NCBI GenBank assembly: GCA_020184695.1
Contig: JAANOX010000199.1
Span: 26,361-90,360, forward strand
DNA from: Histomonas meleagridis 2922-C6/04-290x
Taxonomy: Eukaryota; Protista; Parabasalia
Length of the DNA stretch: 64,000 bases
Direction: 5' to 3'
Made by a program: the position numbers and the translations under genes. The stretch's first letter is position 1. Each line of letters begins with the position of its first letter. This document shows, piece by piece, positions 10,226 through 20,770 of the stretch. The notes below the pieces were generated by a model that did no database searches, had not been told where the DNA came from, and saw only the letters and a program-made list of their open reading frames with translations.

Positions 10226-10531
10226 ATGGAAAACAAACAAGACCCACCACCTCAAATATCTTTACGTGCTGCTCAGGCTTTACATAAACCACTTAGAGCT
10301 GATCCAGAATACTTCAATTCTTTTTCAATGATTCCAATTATTTTTTCATTGTTTGGATTTATTAAAATTAATCCAACATTTAATTGGATTGGAATCTTCA
10401 TCTTAATATCAATGATAGTAAATCGAGGAAGAGATAAATCTTTAATTTCACAAGCATTTTTCGCATTTGCTATTTCACTTTTCTTAACAGGATTTTTATA
10501 CTATAAAATGGCTCAAGGCTTTGGACAATAA
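10226..10531 (+). CDS. Small membrane protein, Asterix/WDR83OS (UPF0139)-like
   Basis: About 100 aa with three hydrophobic segments; the Y.N...I.FSLFGF.....F.W.G pattern resembles the PAT complex subunit Asterix. Confidence 0.55.
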   Translation: MENKQDPPPQISLRAAQALHKPLRADPEYFNSFSMIPIIFSLFGFIKINPTFNWIGIFILISMIVNRGRDKSLISQAFFAFAISLFLTGFLYYKMAQGFGQ

Positions 10532-10767
10532 ACAATTAGAATGTTTTTAACATTTTTTTTTGTACATTTTGAAAAAAATTAATTTTTAAAATTTAATATA
10601 AAACAAACATTATTATTTAAAAAAAAAACTAATTGTTAAAATGAGTGAAACAACATTAAACTTTAAAGTTACATATGTATAAAAGTTATTTTGCATGAAA
10701 AAATGAAAAATTTGTAAAAACGTACAAAGTAAACGGTTTTAAGATTTTTGGCTAAACATAAAAAATC

Positions 10768-11127
10768 ATGGATGGAAATGACCAGGTTGAAATAGCACTT
10801 CTTACACTCATTCAACAACTGAGTGATGCCATGGACATTATGGAAAATCTCGAAGAAGAAAATCGACCTGCTCTTGTTGCGACTGTTACTCAGATAGTTC
10901 AATCATTTCAAACTTTACATGAACTAGAACCAACAATAACAGGCTCTGTTCCTATTGAGCTTATTGAACAGATTGATCTTGGAAATAATCCAGATGATTA
11001 TTCAAGAAAAATGATAGAAGAATCAAAACAAAGAGCTCAAAGGGCTGAAGAGAAACAAAAATGGATACGAGCTTTCAAAGATAGCTTGGATAAGTCCATT
11101 AGTGCTTATTTTCCAAACGAGAACTGA
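10768..11127 (+). CDS. MED10: Mediator subunit 10 (copy 1)
   Basis: SVPIELIEQIDLGNNPDDYSRKMIE...FKDSLDKSISAYFP matches Med10/Nut2. Confidence 0.85.
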   Translation: MDGNDQVEIALLTLIQQLSDAMDIMENLEEENRPALVATVTQIVQSFQTLHELEPTITGSVPIELIEQIDLGNNPDDYSRKMIEESKQRAQRAEEKQKWIRAFKDSLDKSISAYFPNEN

Positions 11128-11455
11128 ACATATTTAGAATTATAAATTTATTATCTGCCGTTACTATTTGTTGACCTTGATTTGTAAACATGACTGATTT
11201 TTGGTATTTAATGATATTTTGTCAACGATTAATTAAATTTAGTTTTTCATATTTGATCTTCTTAAACCAATTAATATTTCACATTTGTTCGCTGGCAATT
11301 CTAAACATCATAGGATTTCCAGAATTTATGAGTTTAACAAGTTTCAAAAGATTTTTGAGAATTAATTTTCATTACCACTTAAATATTCTTATCAAAACAT
11401 ATTTCATTTAAATTGTATTTACATAAATACTAATATTTGTAAGATTTCAAAAATC

Positions 11456-11965
11456 TCAATAATCAAATTCGTTGACAACTATATTATAGAAGTCATCAAT
11501 TTCAAAATCATATGGATCATCAACCTCATATGGATCATCAACCTCATAAGGATCTGAATTTGTTGCTACACTTTCACATTTGATCATTGGGATTACAAAT
11601 TTTTCATGGTGTTTGGAATTCTGAATTAATTTTTTCCTCGAAATACATGACCAACGATTACGAATACTGTATGCTGTTCTTCCTGGAAAAAAATTTTGGA
11701 GATATTTCCATTTTTGTCCTATTTCATGAACTTTAATTTTTAATAAATCATCTTCTGCTTTGGTCCATTTGCTTTTTTCTATGGTGCTAGAAAGATTGTT
11801 AACCCATCTTTCTCGGCATTGACGGACAGATCTATTTGGCATTTCTTGTGAAATTATTTTCCAATTTGATGTTCCATATTTTTCAACAAGAAGTCGAAGC
11901 TTTACGTCCTCTTCTTTGCTAAAATGTCTTCTTTTCTTTTGTATTTCGATTTGGATTGCTTGCAT
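11456..11965 (-). CDS. R2R3 Myb-like DNA-binding protein (copy 1)
   Basis: FSKEEDVKLRLLVEKYGTSNW...RSVRQCRERWVNNL...WTKAED...W...FPGRT...RNRW; probable start MQAIQ at 11965 (the ORF stays open to 12064). Confidence 0.9.
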   Translation of the reverse strand: MQAIQIEIQKKRRHFSKEEDVKLRLLVEKYGTSNWKIISQEMPNRSVRQCRERWVNNLSSTIEKSKWTKAEDDLLKIKVHEIGQKWKYLQNFFPGRTAYSIRNRWSCISRKKLIQNSKHHEKFVIPMIKCESVATNSDPYEVDDPYEVDDPYDFEIDDFYNIVVNEFDY

Positions 11966-12060
11966 TAAAAAAATGTGATTGTTCTTTTGAGCAGTAATTG
12001 AAACCCTCACAAACATTTGTCCGAACAATCCTTTGAATGAATAACCGTAATTGATTGAAA
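11966..12060 (-). promoter_or_regulatory. Upstream block conserved between the two Myb genes (ACGGTTA M3-like motif, TCACA Inr-like motif)
   Basis: Aligns by eye with 15230-15323; the motif identities are inference. Confidence 0.5.
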
Positions 12061-12705
12061 GCAAAATTCAAAGGTGTTCCAAATTTCTTTGCCTGCAAAC
12101 CGACGTAAATAATTCAAAATTGAATATCTGGAAAACAAAACAACATTCAGATATTGTACAATTTGGGCATGATTCACAATTACTTGTTCACCTTTATGAT
12201 TAATTTTATCTTATCAGAGTTTTTTCTGTTTAAAATATGAATTTCATAAAATCACAAAAATTCAAAATATTTTATATTATAATTAATATATTTAATATTA
12301 TCCTAGACTCATTTTAAATTATTTTATACAAATATAAATAAATGAATGTATATAAAAAATATTAATTATTTTGAACTTTTACCTTTTGTTCTCGATATCA
12401 CAAATGCATGCAATGTCTGTTATATTTTCTCGTGCAAAAATATAATTTATTTTAAAAAGATAAAAAATTCATAAATTGATTGTAACTCTTTTTCTTTTTG
12501 AAAAAATATCATTACAAAAAGACATTAATGCCCATAAGCCCATATTTATATGATGAAGATATTATATAAACTATGTGGCGTGCATCACAAGCCTAGGGAC
12601 AAAAAGTTTTTGTTTGATAGCTTTTCAGGTTGGGTTTTGAATTGAAATTTGAATGCAACGATCAAATTTCCATCATTTACCGTCTCAAGAGTTTGGGGAA
12701 ATCCA

Positions 12706-13656
12706 ATGGGGAGCTACATCGAAATGGGATTCCAAGCGATTTGCAGACCACCACGCACAACATATGAAGAAGACAAAATACCAAACACAATGTTAATTGA
12801 AGGATATGGTGAAATACGACGTCATCCTGTATCTTTCCCAAATTCACGTGGGCAAAAAATAATTGGATCATTTTATCCGCCAAACGAAATGCCAGAAAAT
12901 CCATCCTGCGTGATATATCTTCATGGTAATGCGTCATCACAGATTGAAGGAACATTTTTAATTCCTATACTTGTTCCTCTTGGAATTTCGGTTTTATGTT
13001 TCGATTTTTCAGGATGTGGCATGAGCGAAGGAAATTACATCTCACTTGGACTTTTAGAAAAAGATGATGTTTCTGGAGCAATTGCACATTTGCTTGCAAA
13101 ATACAGAATCAAAAGATTTGCACTTTATGGACGTTCGATGGGTGCTGCAACGTGTTTCTTTTCCATTGCAGATAATCCATTTATTGAATGTGCAGTTGCA
13201 GATTCACCGTTTGCATCTCTCCCACAATTAATATCAGAAATTGTACAACAGTATCATGTACCTGGTTTCATGTCTTCCTTTTTAACATGGATTATCTCTG
13301 GGAAAACTAAAGAACTTGTCGGATTTGATGTTCGCGATTGTGTTCCAATCAAATATGCACCACAATGTCATGTACCCATTATGATTATTCATGGGCAAAA
13401 GGATGACTTCATCAATTGCTCGCATTCTCGAGATTTATATGATCAATACGGATGTTCTCGGAAAGAAATTCGTATCGTTCATGGAAATCACAACTCAGAA
13501 AGGCCGATACAAACGGTTTTCGAGGCCGTCCAATTTATCACTAACGTTCTCAACGTACCGTTTAATTTGCAAGCGGATCAAATTCATATTCAAATTGAAT
13601 CGGCTTATAATCACTTTTCTAATGTACAGGAAATGATTGATAATTATGAACAATAA
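12706..13656 (+). CDS. Alpha/beta hydrolase (ABHD13/17-like)
   Basis: YLHGNASS, FDFSGCGMSEGNYISLG, GRSMG nucleophile, D and H (GNHN) of the triad intact; likely start MGSY at 12706. Confidence 0.9.
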   Translation: MGSYIEMGFQAICRPPRTTYEEDKIPNTMLIEGYGEIRRHPVSFPNSRGQKIIGSFYPPNEMPENPSCVIYLHGNASSQIEGTFLIPILVPLGISVLCFDFSGCGMSEGNYISLGLLEKDDVSGAIAHLLAKYRIKRFALYGRSMGAATCFFSIADNPFIECAVADSPFASLPQLISEIVQQYHVPGFMSSFLTWIISGKTKELVGFDVRDCVPIKYAPQCHVPIMIIHGQKDDFINCSHSRDLYDQYGCSRKEIRIVHGNHNSERPIQTVFEAVQFITNVLNVPFNLQADQIHIQIESAYNHFSNVQEMIDNYEQ

Positions 13657-13660
13657 ATCT

Positions 13661-14578
13661 TTATGCAGATAGAAGTATTTTTTTCAAATCTATGAGCGTT
13701 TGTTCCGGAAGATGATCAAGAGAAATTGTTTGTTCTTCTCGGATCTTCTTTGGATCAAGATTCTTAAGAGAGACTTTAAGTATATCCCAAGCTGCTTTAA
13801 GATCACTTGGAGGAGTGTTAGAAAGTTTCTCAGACATAAGCTTGAGTTGTACTCTGTTTGGTGGGGTTTCTGGTATTTTCTGTTTGGGCTCTTCTTTTGG
13901 AGGCTGAATTTTGGCGGTTTTGATCTTTTTGAGATGGGGGATCTCGGGGCGGTTGCGAAGTTCCTCCATGTTTAGCAGAGGAGAAATTGTTTTGTCAAGA
14001 TCAGAGAGAATTGTGTCCAGTCTTTGAAGATCTTGGACTGCATCTGACTTAACAGGAGGAATGGAATCATACCAAATTTGATTTACAATCTTCTGTATTT
14101 CTTGTGCAAGAATAGTACAAGAATTTCCAGGACCATTAAAGTTGATGCAGTTTTCCCATATTAAATCAAGCTCAGATTTAAATTGAGAAACAGAAGTAAC
14201 AAGTCCTGTATAAAGACGATTTTGAAGTGTGGTAAGATCCATGGGATTTTTTATTACATCATAATATCCTTTAATTCCTTCTTTCTCAGCATTGACAGGT
14301 TTTTTAAACAAGCTTAAATCTTTGCATTTGAGAAGATCTTGAAGAAGTTTATCACAATATTGAAGGGTAAGAACACCCTTAGTGAGCTCGATGTGGATTG
14401 TGTGATTTGTAGATGAATGGAAAGAACAACGAATCTGTGTTGAATTTGGTTCTTGAATATATGCTGAAGCTTGGGGATTATCATATTTAAATATAATTTT
14501 GGGGTGTGGATCTAATGAAGAAAAAATAAATTGAAGTTCATTTTTTATTTCTTCAGCTTTGATTCCGCCCTCTTCCAT
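13661..14578 (-). CDS. Bromodomain + ET-like domain protein
   Basis: LFKKPV...GYYDVIKNPMDL..L...Y....F..EL.LIWENCINFN; C-terminal ISLDHLPEQTLIDLKKIL. Confidence 0.9.
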   Translation of the reverse strand: MEEGGIKAEEIKNELQFIFSSLDPHPKIIFKYDNPQASAYIQEPNSTQIRCSFHSSTNHTIHIELTKGVLTLQYCDKLLQDLLKCKDLSLFKKPVNAEKEGIKGYYDVIKNPMDLTTLQNRLYTGLVTSVSQFKSELDLIWENCINFNGPGNSCTILAQEIQKIVNQIWYDSIPPVKSDAVQDLQRLDTILSDLDKTISPLLNMEELRNRPEIPHLKKIKTAKIQPPKEEPKQKIPETPPNRVQLKLMSEKLSNTPPSDLKAAWDILKVSLKNLDPKKIREEQTISLDHLPEQTLIDLKKILLSA

Positions 14579-14740
14579 CTGTTTTTTGAAATTCTATTAT
14601 CATACATTCCCCTTTATTTGGCCACATCACCTTTATAACGGCTAAAAAATATAACTTCACAGGTTTGAATCAATCAAAAATGTATTAAATCATAAAACAA
14701 ATTATTATAATTGATATCAATGTACATATGTTTACAAAAT

Positions 14741-15229
14741 TTAAAAGTCAAATGGTCCAACCAAAATATTGGATTCGCCCACGTCAAATTCAAAGGCATT
14801 ATCGATCTCAAATGGGAATGAATCGCATGGTGAGTCGTCGTGGGTTATCATTGGAACAACAAATCTTTCATGCTGCCCAAGGTTTTGAACTTTATTTTTT
14901 CTTAAAAGGCATGACCAACGATTTCTTATATCATATGGTGTTCTTCCTGGGAAGAAGCGTTGAAAGTACTTCCATTTTGGGCCAATTTCATGTACTTTAA
15001 TTCTTAATAATTCTTCTTCCTCTTTGGTCCATTTGCTTTTTTCAATATCATTTGAAAGGTTATTAACCCAGCGTTCTCGGCATTGACGAACAGATCTATT
15101 TGGCATTTCTTGTGAAATTATTTTCCAATTTGAAGTTCCATATTTTTCAACAAGAAGTCGAAGTTTTTCGTCTTCTTCTTTGCTAAAGTGCCTTCTTTTC
15201 TTCTGTATTTCGCTTTGGGCTGTCTGCAT
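14741..15229 (-). CDS. R2R3 Myb-like DNA-binding protein (copy 2)
   Basis: Myb repeats nearly identical to copy 1; C-terminus divergent. Confidence 0.9.
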   Translation of the reverse strand: MQTAQSEIQKKRRHFSKEEDEKLRLLVEKYGTSNWKIISQEMPNRSVRQCRERWVNNLSNDIEKSKWTKEEEELLRIKVHEIGPKWKYFQRFFPGRTPYDIRNRWSCLLRKNKVQNLGQHERFVVPMITHDDSPCDSFPFEIDNAFEFDVGESNILVGPFDF

Positions 15230-15323
15230 GAAAAAATGTGATTTTCATTTTAAGTACCAATTGAAATCCTCATAAACATTTGCTCGGACAATTCTTTGAA
15301 TGGATAACCGAAATGAATTGAAT
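15230..15323 (-). promoter_or_regulatory. Upstream block conserved between the two Myb genes
   Basis: Aligns with 11966-12060 (CGGTTA, CATTCAAAG, CAAATGTTT, TTTCAATT, AATCACATTTTTT). Confidence 0.5.
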
Positions 15324-15792
15324 GAGTGTTCAATTTCGTTATCAAAATCCACTTTTTGAACAGTTTTTTCCTTAAATTCCTTCAGAAAAAAATTCCATTT
15401 TTGAAATTAGTTCATTCAAACAGTTGTTCAGAAATATTTCAGAATATCGATCAAATTAAACTGAAATCATTAAATCCGCCTCAAACATTTTTTTTGTGCA
15501 CCATTGAAAAACTCGAAAGTTCGATCAAAATCAGTACAAATGTTAACATCATTTGTCACTTTTTGTCTCGACTTATAGCTATAATGAAATATGTTTTCGT
15601 TAAACATGATTCAGACAATGTAATAATACAAATATTTTCAAAGAAATCAAACTATAGATTTTGGCGCATTAGTAAAGGATTTCATTTTGTTAATGTTTGA
15701 AACGACGATGTTAAATGGAATAATCACTTATTTAAAAAAATAATTTATTTAAATGAAAGAAAAATGTTATTTTAGACAAATCTTTAATAATA

Positions 15793-18144
15793 TTATTTTT
15801 TGTATTTAACAACTTCTTTTAACAACATCTTTGTGATTTGATCCGAAATCTTAAACACATCAGCCAGCAAATCCCATTTATCAGGTATCTTAAATTCGAT
15901 GCCCTGCAAAATGTTATTATTCCCAAAATTATCATTTTCTTCATCAATAACGATTGTTGAATTCTTTAACCCTTCAATAAATGTATCTGTGTCATCGATC
16001 TCTGTTTCAATTTTTTCGTACTTCGCAATGAGTTTTTCGAATGGATCTTTCATTTCTATTTCTTCATTTTCGTCGATTTTCAATAAATTTTCTGTTTCTG
16101 TTTCAATATTTTCTTCAATTTTTAATGAATTTATTTTTTCTTCTTTGTTTTCTTCAACTTTAGATAAATTTTCTGTTTCTGTCTGTTTGTTTTCTTCGTC
16201 TTGTAACAAATTTTCTGTTTTAATTTCTTTTTCTTCAATCTGTTGTGGATTTTCTGTATCTATTTTTTCTATTTCTTCGAAATTTTTTAGTTTTTCGATT
16301 TTCTCTGTTTGACTTTGTTCGCTTTCGTCACTTTCGCTTGATGATTCATCAGAGAACTCGAGACTTGTTGCTACGAATTGATATTTCTTTGAACTACTTA
16401 GAACTTCAGAATCAATAAAATCTTTTTTGGAATCTGATTGATTTAATTCGATGATATCAATGTCATCACTTACATCAGACGCGCATACAACAGCGCTATC
16501 GGAACTAATTATCATTTCTTCCTGGTTAACTTCAATTGATGAAATTTCATTAATATCATCGAATGAAAGAGATAAATTGATGTTAATGACTTCTTCTTCT
16601 TCTTTTGTATTATTTGTTTCAATAATAAATTCGCCTTCTCCAATAAGAGTTTCGCCATCTTTAATGTTTTTATCTATTTTAAGGATTATTTCATTATTTT
16701 GTTCATCTTTTTCGTTATCAGATTCATCTTTGCTATTTACAGTTTTATCTTTATCTATTTTAAGAATTATTTTATTGTTTTGTTCATTTTCATCTTTATC
16801 ACTAATTGATGAATTGTTTTCATCTTCGTCATCAATTTTAATAAAATCATTGTCAGAAGAAATCGCTTTGTTGCTTTCACTATTAAATTCGAATATTTCG
16901 CCTTCTTCACTATTTGTCGCACTTTGTTTGTCTTTTTCTATGGCTGTTTCACTTGTTTTGTCGATTTCTTCATCGCTACTTTTGTTTATAACAACTTCTT
17001 CTTTTGAGCTGCTTGTTTCAATAAAATCATCTTTGTCAATGATAACATCACCGCTTTCATCTGTTTTAATATTTGTTTCATTTTCACTATCAAATTTAAT
17101 TAAATCTTCTTTATCGCTAATGTTATCACCACTTTCTTCTGTTTTAATATTTGTCTCATTTTCACTATTAAATTTAATTAAATCTTCTTTATCGCTGATG
17201 TTATTATTTTTTTCGTCTGTTTTGTTTTCATCATCAAATTTAATTAAATCTTCTTTGTCACCTGTTTCAACATTAATTTTATTATCGGATTGAACAATAT
17301 TTTCCTTTTCGCTAAGATATTTTTCTGCACTTTTGTCGATTTCATTATTTTCACTACTGAACTCAAAAATATCATCTTTTATACTACTTGTTTCGCTGTG
17401 TTTATCTTTATCATTATTTATTTGTTCGATTTCATATTTTTCGTTACTAACTTCATCCAAATTATAACTACTGGATTCATCTTTACTTTCTATAATTTGT
17501 TTCTCTGTTTTGATTTCTTCTTTGTTATTTGTTTGTTTAATGCTTTCTTTTGAACTTGAAGATGAAATGGAAATATCTGAATTATCAATAGTTGGATTCT
17601 CGATGCTTGAATCAGCTGTAGTATCTCTTTTTTGCGTGCTTATATTTATTGGTTTGATAATTTGAGCTTTTTCAAAATTATCATCTACTTTGGGTTTGTT
17701 TATAATTTCGGAAGTAAAACTACCTGAAGATGATGTGTGGCTTGCAATACTATTTGAATTTTCTTTTTCTTTAGTGTATTCTGTATTTTGAGAATTTGAA
17801 TTTTCATCGAAACTTGGATTACTAATTATTTCTGAAATGCGGTGAAAAGCAGAAAAAATAGTGCGTTCCCGCCGTGGTGATGCATGAAAGATTCCTGAAT
17901 GTAAAATAAATTTAGAATTTTGGGTTTCTTTTATAGGATTATTTTCTTTAGTTTCACTTATTTTTTTGGGTTTAGTTGGAGGCAAATCTGATCTATGACT
18001 TGAAATTGATGACATTACTTCATTAAAACGAGATTGAAGAGAAGACTTCAACATTTCTGTTTTTGTATTTTGCATTGCTAAGAAATTTCTATCATGAACA
18101 CCGCGAATTGCTGATGAATAATTGTTTGGTGTTGCTCTTGACAT
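15793..18144 (-). CDS. Acidic low-complexity, probably disordered 783-aa protein
   Basis: Long ORF rich in E/D/S/N/K with internal repeats; short conserved-looking termini. Confidence 0.8.
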   Translation of the reverse strand: MSRATPNNYSSAIRGVHDRNFLAMQNTKTEMLKSSLQSRFNEVMSSISSHRSDLPPTKPKKISETKENNPIKETQNSKFILHSGIFHASPRRERTIFSAFHRISEIISNPSFDENSNSQNTEYTKEKENSNSIASHTSSSGSFTSEIINKPKVDDNFEKAQIIKPINISTQKRDTTADSSIENPTIDNSDISISSSSSKESIKQTNNKEEIKTEKQIIESKDESSSYNLDEVSNEKYEIEQINNDKDKHSETSSIKDDIFEFSSENNEIDKSAEKYLSEKENIVQSDNKINVETGDKEDLIKFDDENKTDEKNNNISDKEDLIKFNSENETNIKTEESGDNISDKEDLIKFDSENETNIKTDESGDVIIDKDDFIETSSSKEEVVINKSSDEEIDKTSETAIEKDKQSATNSEEGEIFEFNSESNKAISSDNDFIKIDDEDENNSSISDKDENEQNNKIILKIDKDKTVNSKDESDNEKDEQNNEIILKIDKNIKDGETLIGEGEFIIETNNTKEEEEVININLSLSFDDINEISSIEVNQEEMIISSDSAVVCASDVSDDIDIIELNQSDSKKDFIDSEVLSSSKKYQFVATSLEFSDESSSESDESEQSQTEKIEKLKNFEEIEKIDTENPQQIEEKEIKTENLLQDEENKQTETENLSKVEENKEEKINSLKIEENIETETENLLKIDENEEIEMKDPFEKLIAKYEKIETEIDDTDTFIEGLKNSTIVIDEENDNFGNNNILQGIEFKIPDKWDLLADVFKISDQITKMLLKEVVKYKK
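17030..17275 (-). repeat. Coding tandem repeat DKEDLIKF(D/N)...NIS (3 full copies plus a degenerate one)
   Basis: Seen in both the translation and the DNA (TTTAATTAAATCTTCTTT recurs at about 66-78 nt spacing). Confidence 0.85.
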
Positions 18145-18594
18145 CAGCTCTTAACGGAAAATCCGTTAACAAAGCGCGGTGCACAAAAGGAATACGTTAA
18201 CATGTGATCGAAAAAATCCATAACTCAAAAATGATCGACGAAAGAATCAGCATGAACAATTTATATTTAAATAAAAATATGCGATTATCAATATAATGTT
18301 ATTTATTTCAAATTCAATAGAATTAATTTTTTTATTGAAGAAAAGTATTTACACTGATTGCTTATTTTCTTATTCAGGTAATTCTTTTGTTCGGGTAATT
18401 GCATTTCTCTGAGTGCCACAGATATTTCTGTATCAACAACATCCAAATTCGTCCCTCATGCCGTATATTCAATATAATCCTTCAACGTTATGAACGTTAA
18501 TTGAATCGTTTTTTGAGAAATTCGAACGTTGAAAAACGGTTTTGTAAATGTACTCATCTTGTTGTTTTTAGGGTTTTAATATTTTTTTGTCATT

Positions 18595-19707
18595 ATGGAA
18601 ATGCAAAACAAGTTTACATCTGAAGAAGAATGGTTTGAAAGAATATTTGGGTTCAAGGAAGTCCCTCAGGAAGTTCCCTCTCAAATTGAATGCATCGAAG
18701 AAAAAGATGGAGCAATTTTACGATCCAAAGTAAACAACAAGTCATTTAAAGCTGGGAACTTCCAAGTTCGTAATGTTTCTTCTTTTAACTACCTAGTTTT
18801 CAAACCACGTAAAAAAGGAAAATTTAACATTATCAAAGGAAATGGCTTTACGTCAAAATACTATGAGCTAATTGATGTTTTAGAGAACGAAGGCTTACCT
18901 GAGAATGACGGTGCCACTTATCTTGCCGCCTCCCATTTTAATTGTAAACATACAATTCCAGGTAATAAAGTTACCAACTACGCTCTCATCAAAACGCAAG
19001 GGCCATATTGTTCTCTAGGCTCAGGCCCAGCTATTGTTTATTTCAATTATTTTTATAAACATCCAACTGGTAAAGAAGGCCAATTCACCGATGAAGTTGA
19101 ACTTTTATCTGCCACGCCAATTACTGTCAAACATGGACTTCCGCAAATTCACGAAGCTGATTCTGAGTCATTAGAGAAATTGAATTTTGATTGGCAAAAT
19201 CCTGATAACTATCCAATTGGTGTTCACCGTAATTGCCAACTCACAATGTCACGTAACAGCGAAGGGTTTTATCTCATTAACGATTCTGATGATCGCATAG
19301 TTCATCTTGTATTTGCATCAGCATTTGACTTTTACAGATTAGTCACATACAACGACTTCACACGAATGATCTCCGAGAATATGCTCGCAGCGGAATATAG
19401 AGGTGCGATTCTTGCTGCATGGGAAAATTCATTATTGTTTCCTGGTAGAAAAGGATCGAACAAATTGTACTTGACTCTTTTGGGCTGTGGATCACTTTCA
19501 AATCCACCTGATCTTATTGCTGGCGCAATTGAGAAAAATATTGATTTGATAATTGAATCAGGTTTGGACGTTTACTTGGTTTGTTTTACCAAGGAATCGT
19601 TCAAAAGTATAAAGAAAATCATCAAGAAATACGTGAGGAAAACAGGTGGGAAAGTGATTTCAGCTGACTCAAAAGGAAAAAAAAGAAAACCCCGAGTTGA
19701 TAAATAA
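18595..19707 (+). CDS. Conserved hypothetical protein (WFE..FGF.E / AS.FN / TQGP family)
   Basis: WFERIFGFKE, LRSKVNNKSFKAG, YLAASHFNC, TQGPYCSLGSGPA.VY.NY, KLYLTLLGCG resemble an uncharacterised family I recall from bacteria and protists. Confidence 0.7.
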   Translation: MEMQNKFTSEEEWFERIFGFKEVPQEVPSQIECIEEKDGAILRSKVNNKSFKAGNFQVRNVSSFNYLVFKPRKKGKFNIIKGNGFTSKYYELIDVLENEGLPENDGATYLAASHFNCKHTIPGNKVTNYALIKTQGPYCSLGSGPAIVYFNYFYKHPTGKEGQFTDEVELLSATPITVKHGLPQIHEADSESLEKLNFDWQNPDNYPIGVHRNCQLTMSRNSEGFYLINDSDDRIVHLVFASAFDFYRLVTYNDFTRMISENMLAAEYRGAILAAWENSLLFPGRKGSNKLYLTLLGCGSLSNPPDLIAGAIEKNIDLIIESGLDVYLVCFTKESFKSIKKIIKKYVRKTGGKVISADSKGKKRKPRVDK

Positions 19708-20308
19708 ATCTTGAGTAATGTTTGAGGCCAGAATAATGTTTTGTTTTCGGGAACAGTATCAAAGTTTGATACCATACAAGCATTTTAAATGATGTAAATA
19801 CTTTCAATTGAATGCTGATCAAGAAAATTAAGGAAAAAATTCTTGAGGAGGTCGCGAACAAAGAGTTGATTTGGAAGATGATGAAAGTGATGTGATTTCA
19901 GATTCAATCAAAGCATCCTTCAATATAGTTAGGGATTAAAGTGTCAGAAAATTTTGAAATAAATATAAATATCTCATTTATTTATTAATTTTAATTGTTT
20001 ATATTTAAAAAAATTATTTTAAATTATTCTTTGAAAAATAAATATATATTTAAACTGTTATATCTCATGTATAAACATTAAAAAGTGCAATTTAATTTGG
20101 GATAAATGCACTTTTTCCCACACCAAATATTTTTTTGATAAAAAATAACATTGTTATAATTATTCATATAAAAGATTATGAAGATGAAATTATTTTAATA
20201 GGTTATGATATCCATTAAAAATAATATATAATTTCTATAGAATAAACAATTTTATTTCATAATTTCACATCTAGTTAAAATAATTTCTACAAAAACAATA
20301 CCTATATA

Positions 20309-20770
20309 TTATTCATAAAACATCATATATAAAATATTTATGGATAACATATCTGTGTATAGGGACAAATTAAACTTCTCTTTGATAAAAGATAATATCT
20401 GCCTTTGGGTCATTGAATGTCCCTCATTGAATGCTTCGATAATAATTTGATCAATTATTTCTTCTATATCTTCATCAAAAGCTCTGTGCCGACCTAAAGA
20501 TTTTGGATCTTGTGCGCCCTTTAAGATACTTCTAGATACCGTTTTATGGCACATATTGAAGACGAATGCTAGCTGATTATAAGTGAAAGTAACATTATCG
20601 AATTCAGATGCATATTTGTGGAGAAAACAAAGTTGGTGATTTTTATTTTCTAAATTCATGGAATCAGGATCCCGTTATTAATAACGACCTAGTAAATCTT
20701 TGTGAAATATCAATGATATCTAATTTTTGTTTGATTTCCTCTACTGGCATTGATGGAGTTAATATTGACA
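20309..20770 (-). mobile_element. Truncated pogo/Tc5-like transposase N-terminal HTH remnant
   Basis: LAFVFNMCHKTVSRSILKG...GRHRAFDEDIEEIIDQIIIEAFNEGHSMTQRQILSFIKEKFN resembles a CENP-B-type HTH pair; no DDE domain follows. Confidence 0.5.

Noticed and set aside
15899-17553. Plus-strand ORFs 15899-16312, 16451-17293 and 17290-17553; also 8836-9312
   Set aside because: Antisense shadows of low-complexity or GC-rich coding strands (S/F/L/I-rich, no motifs).
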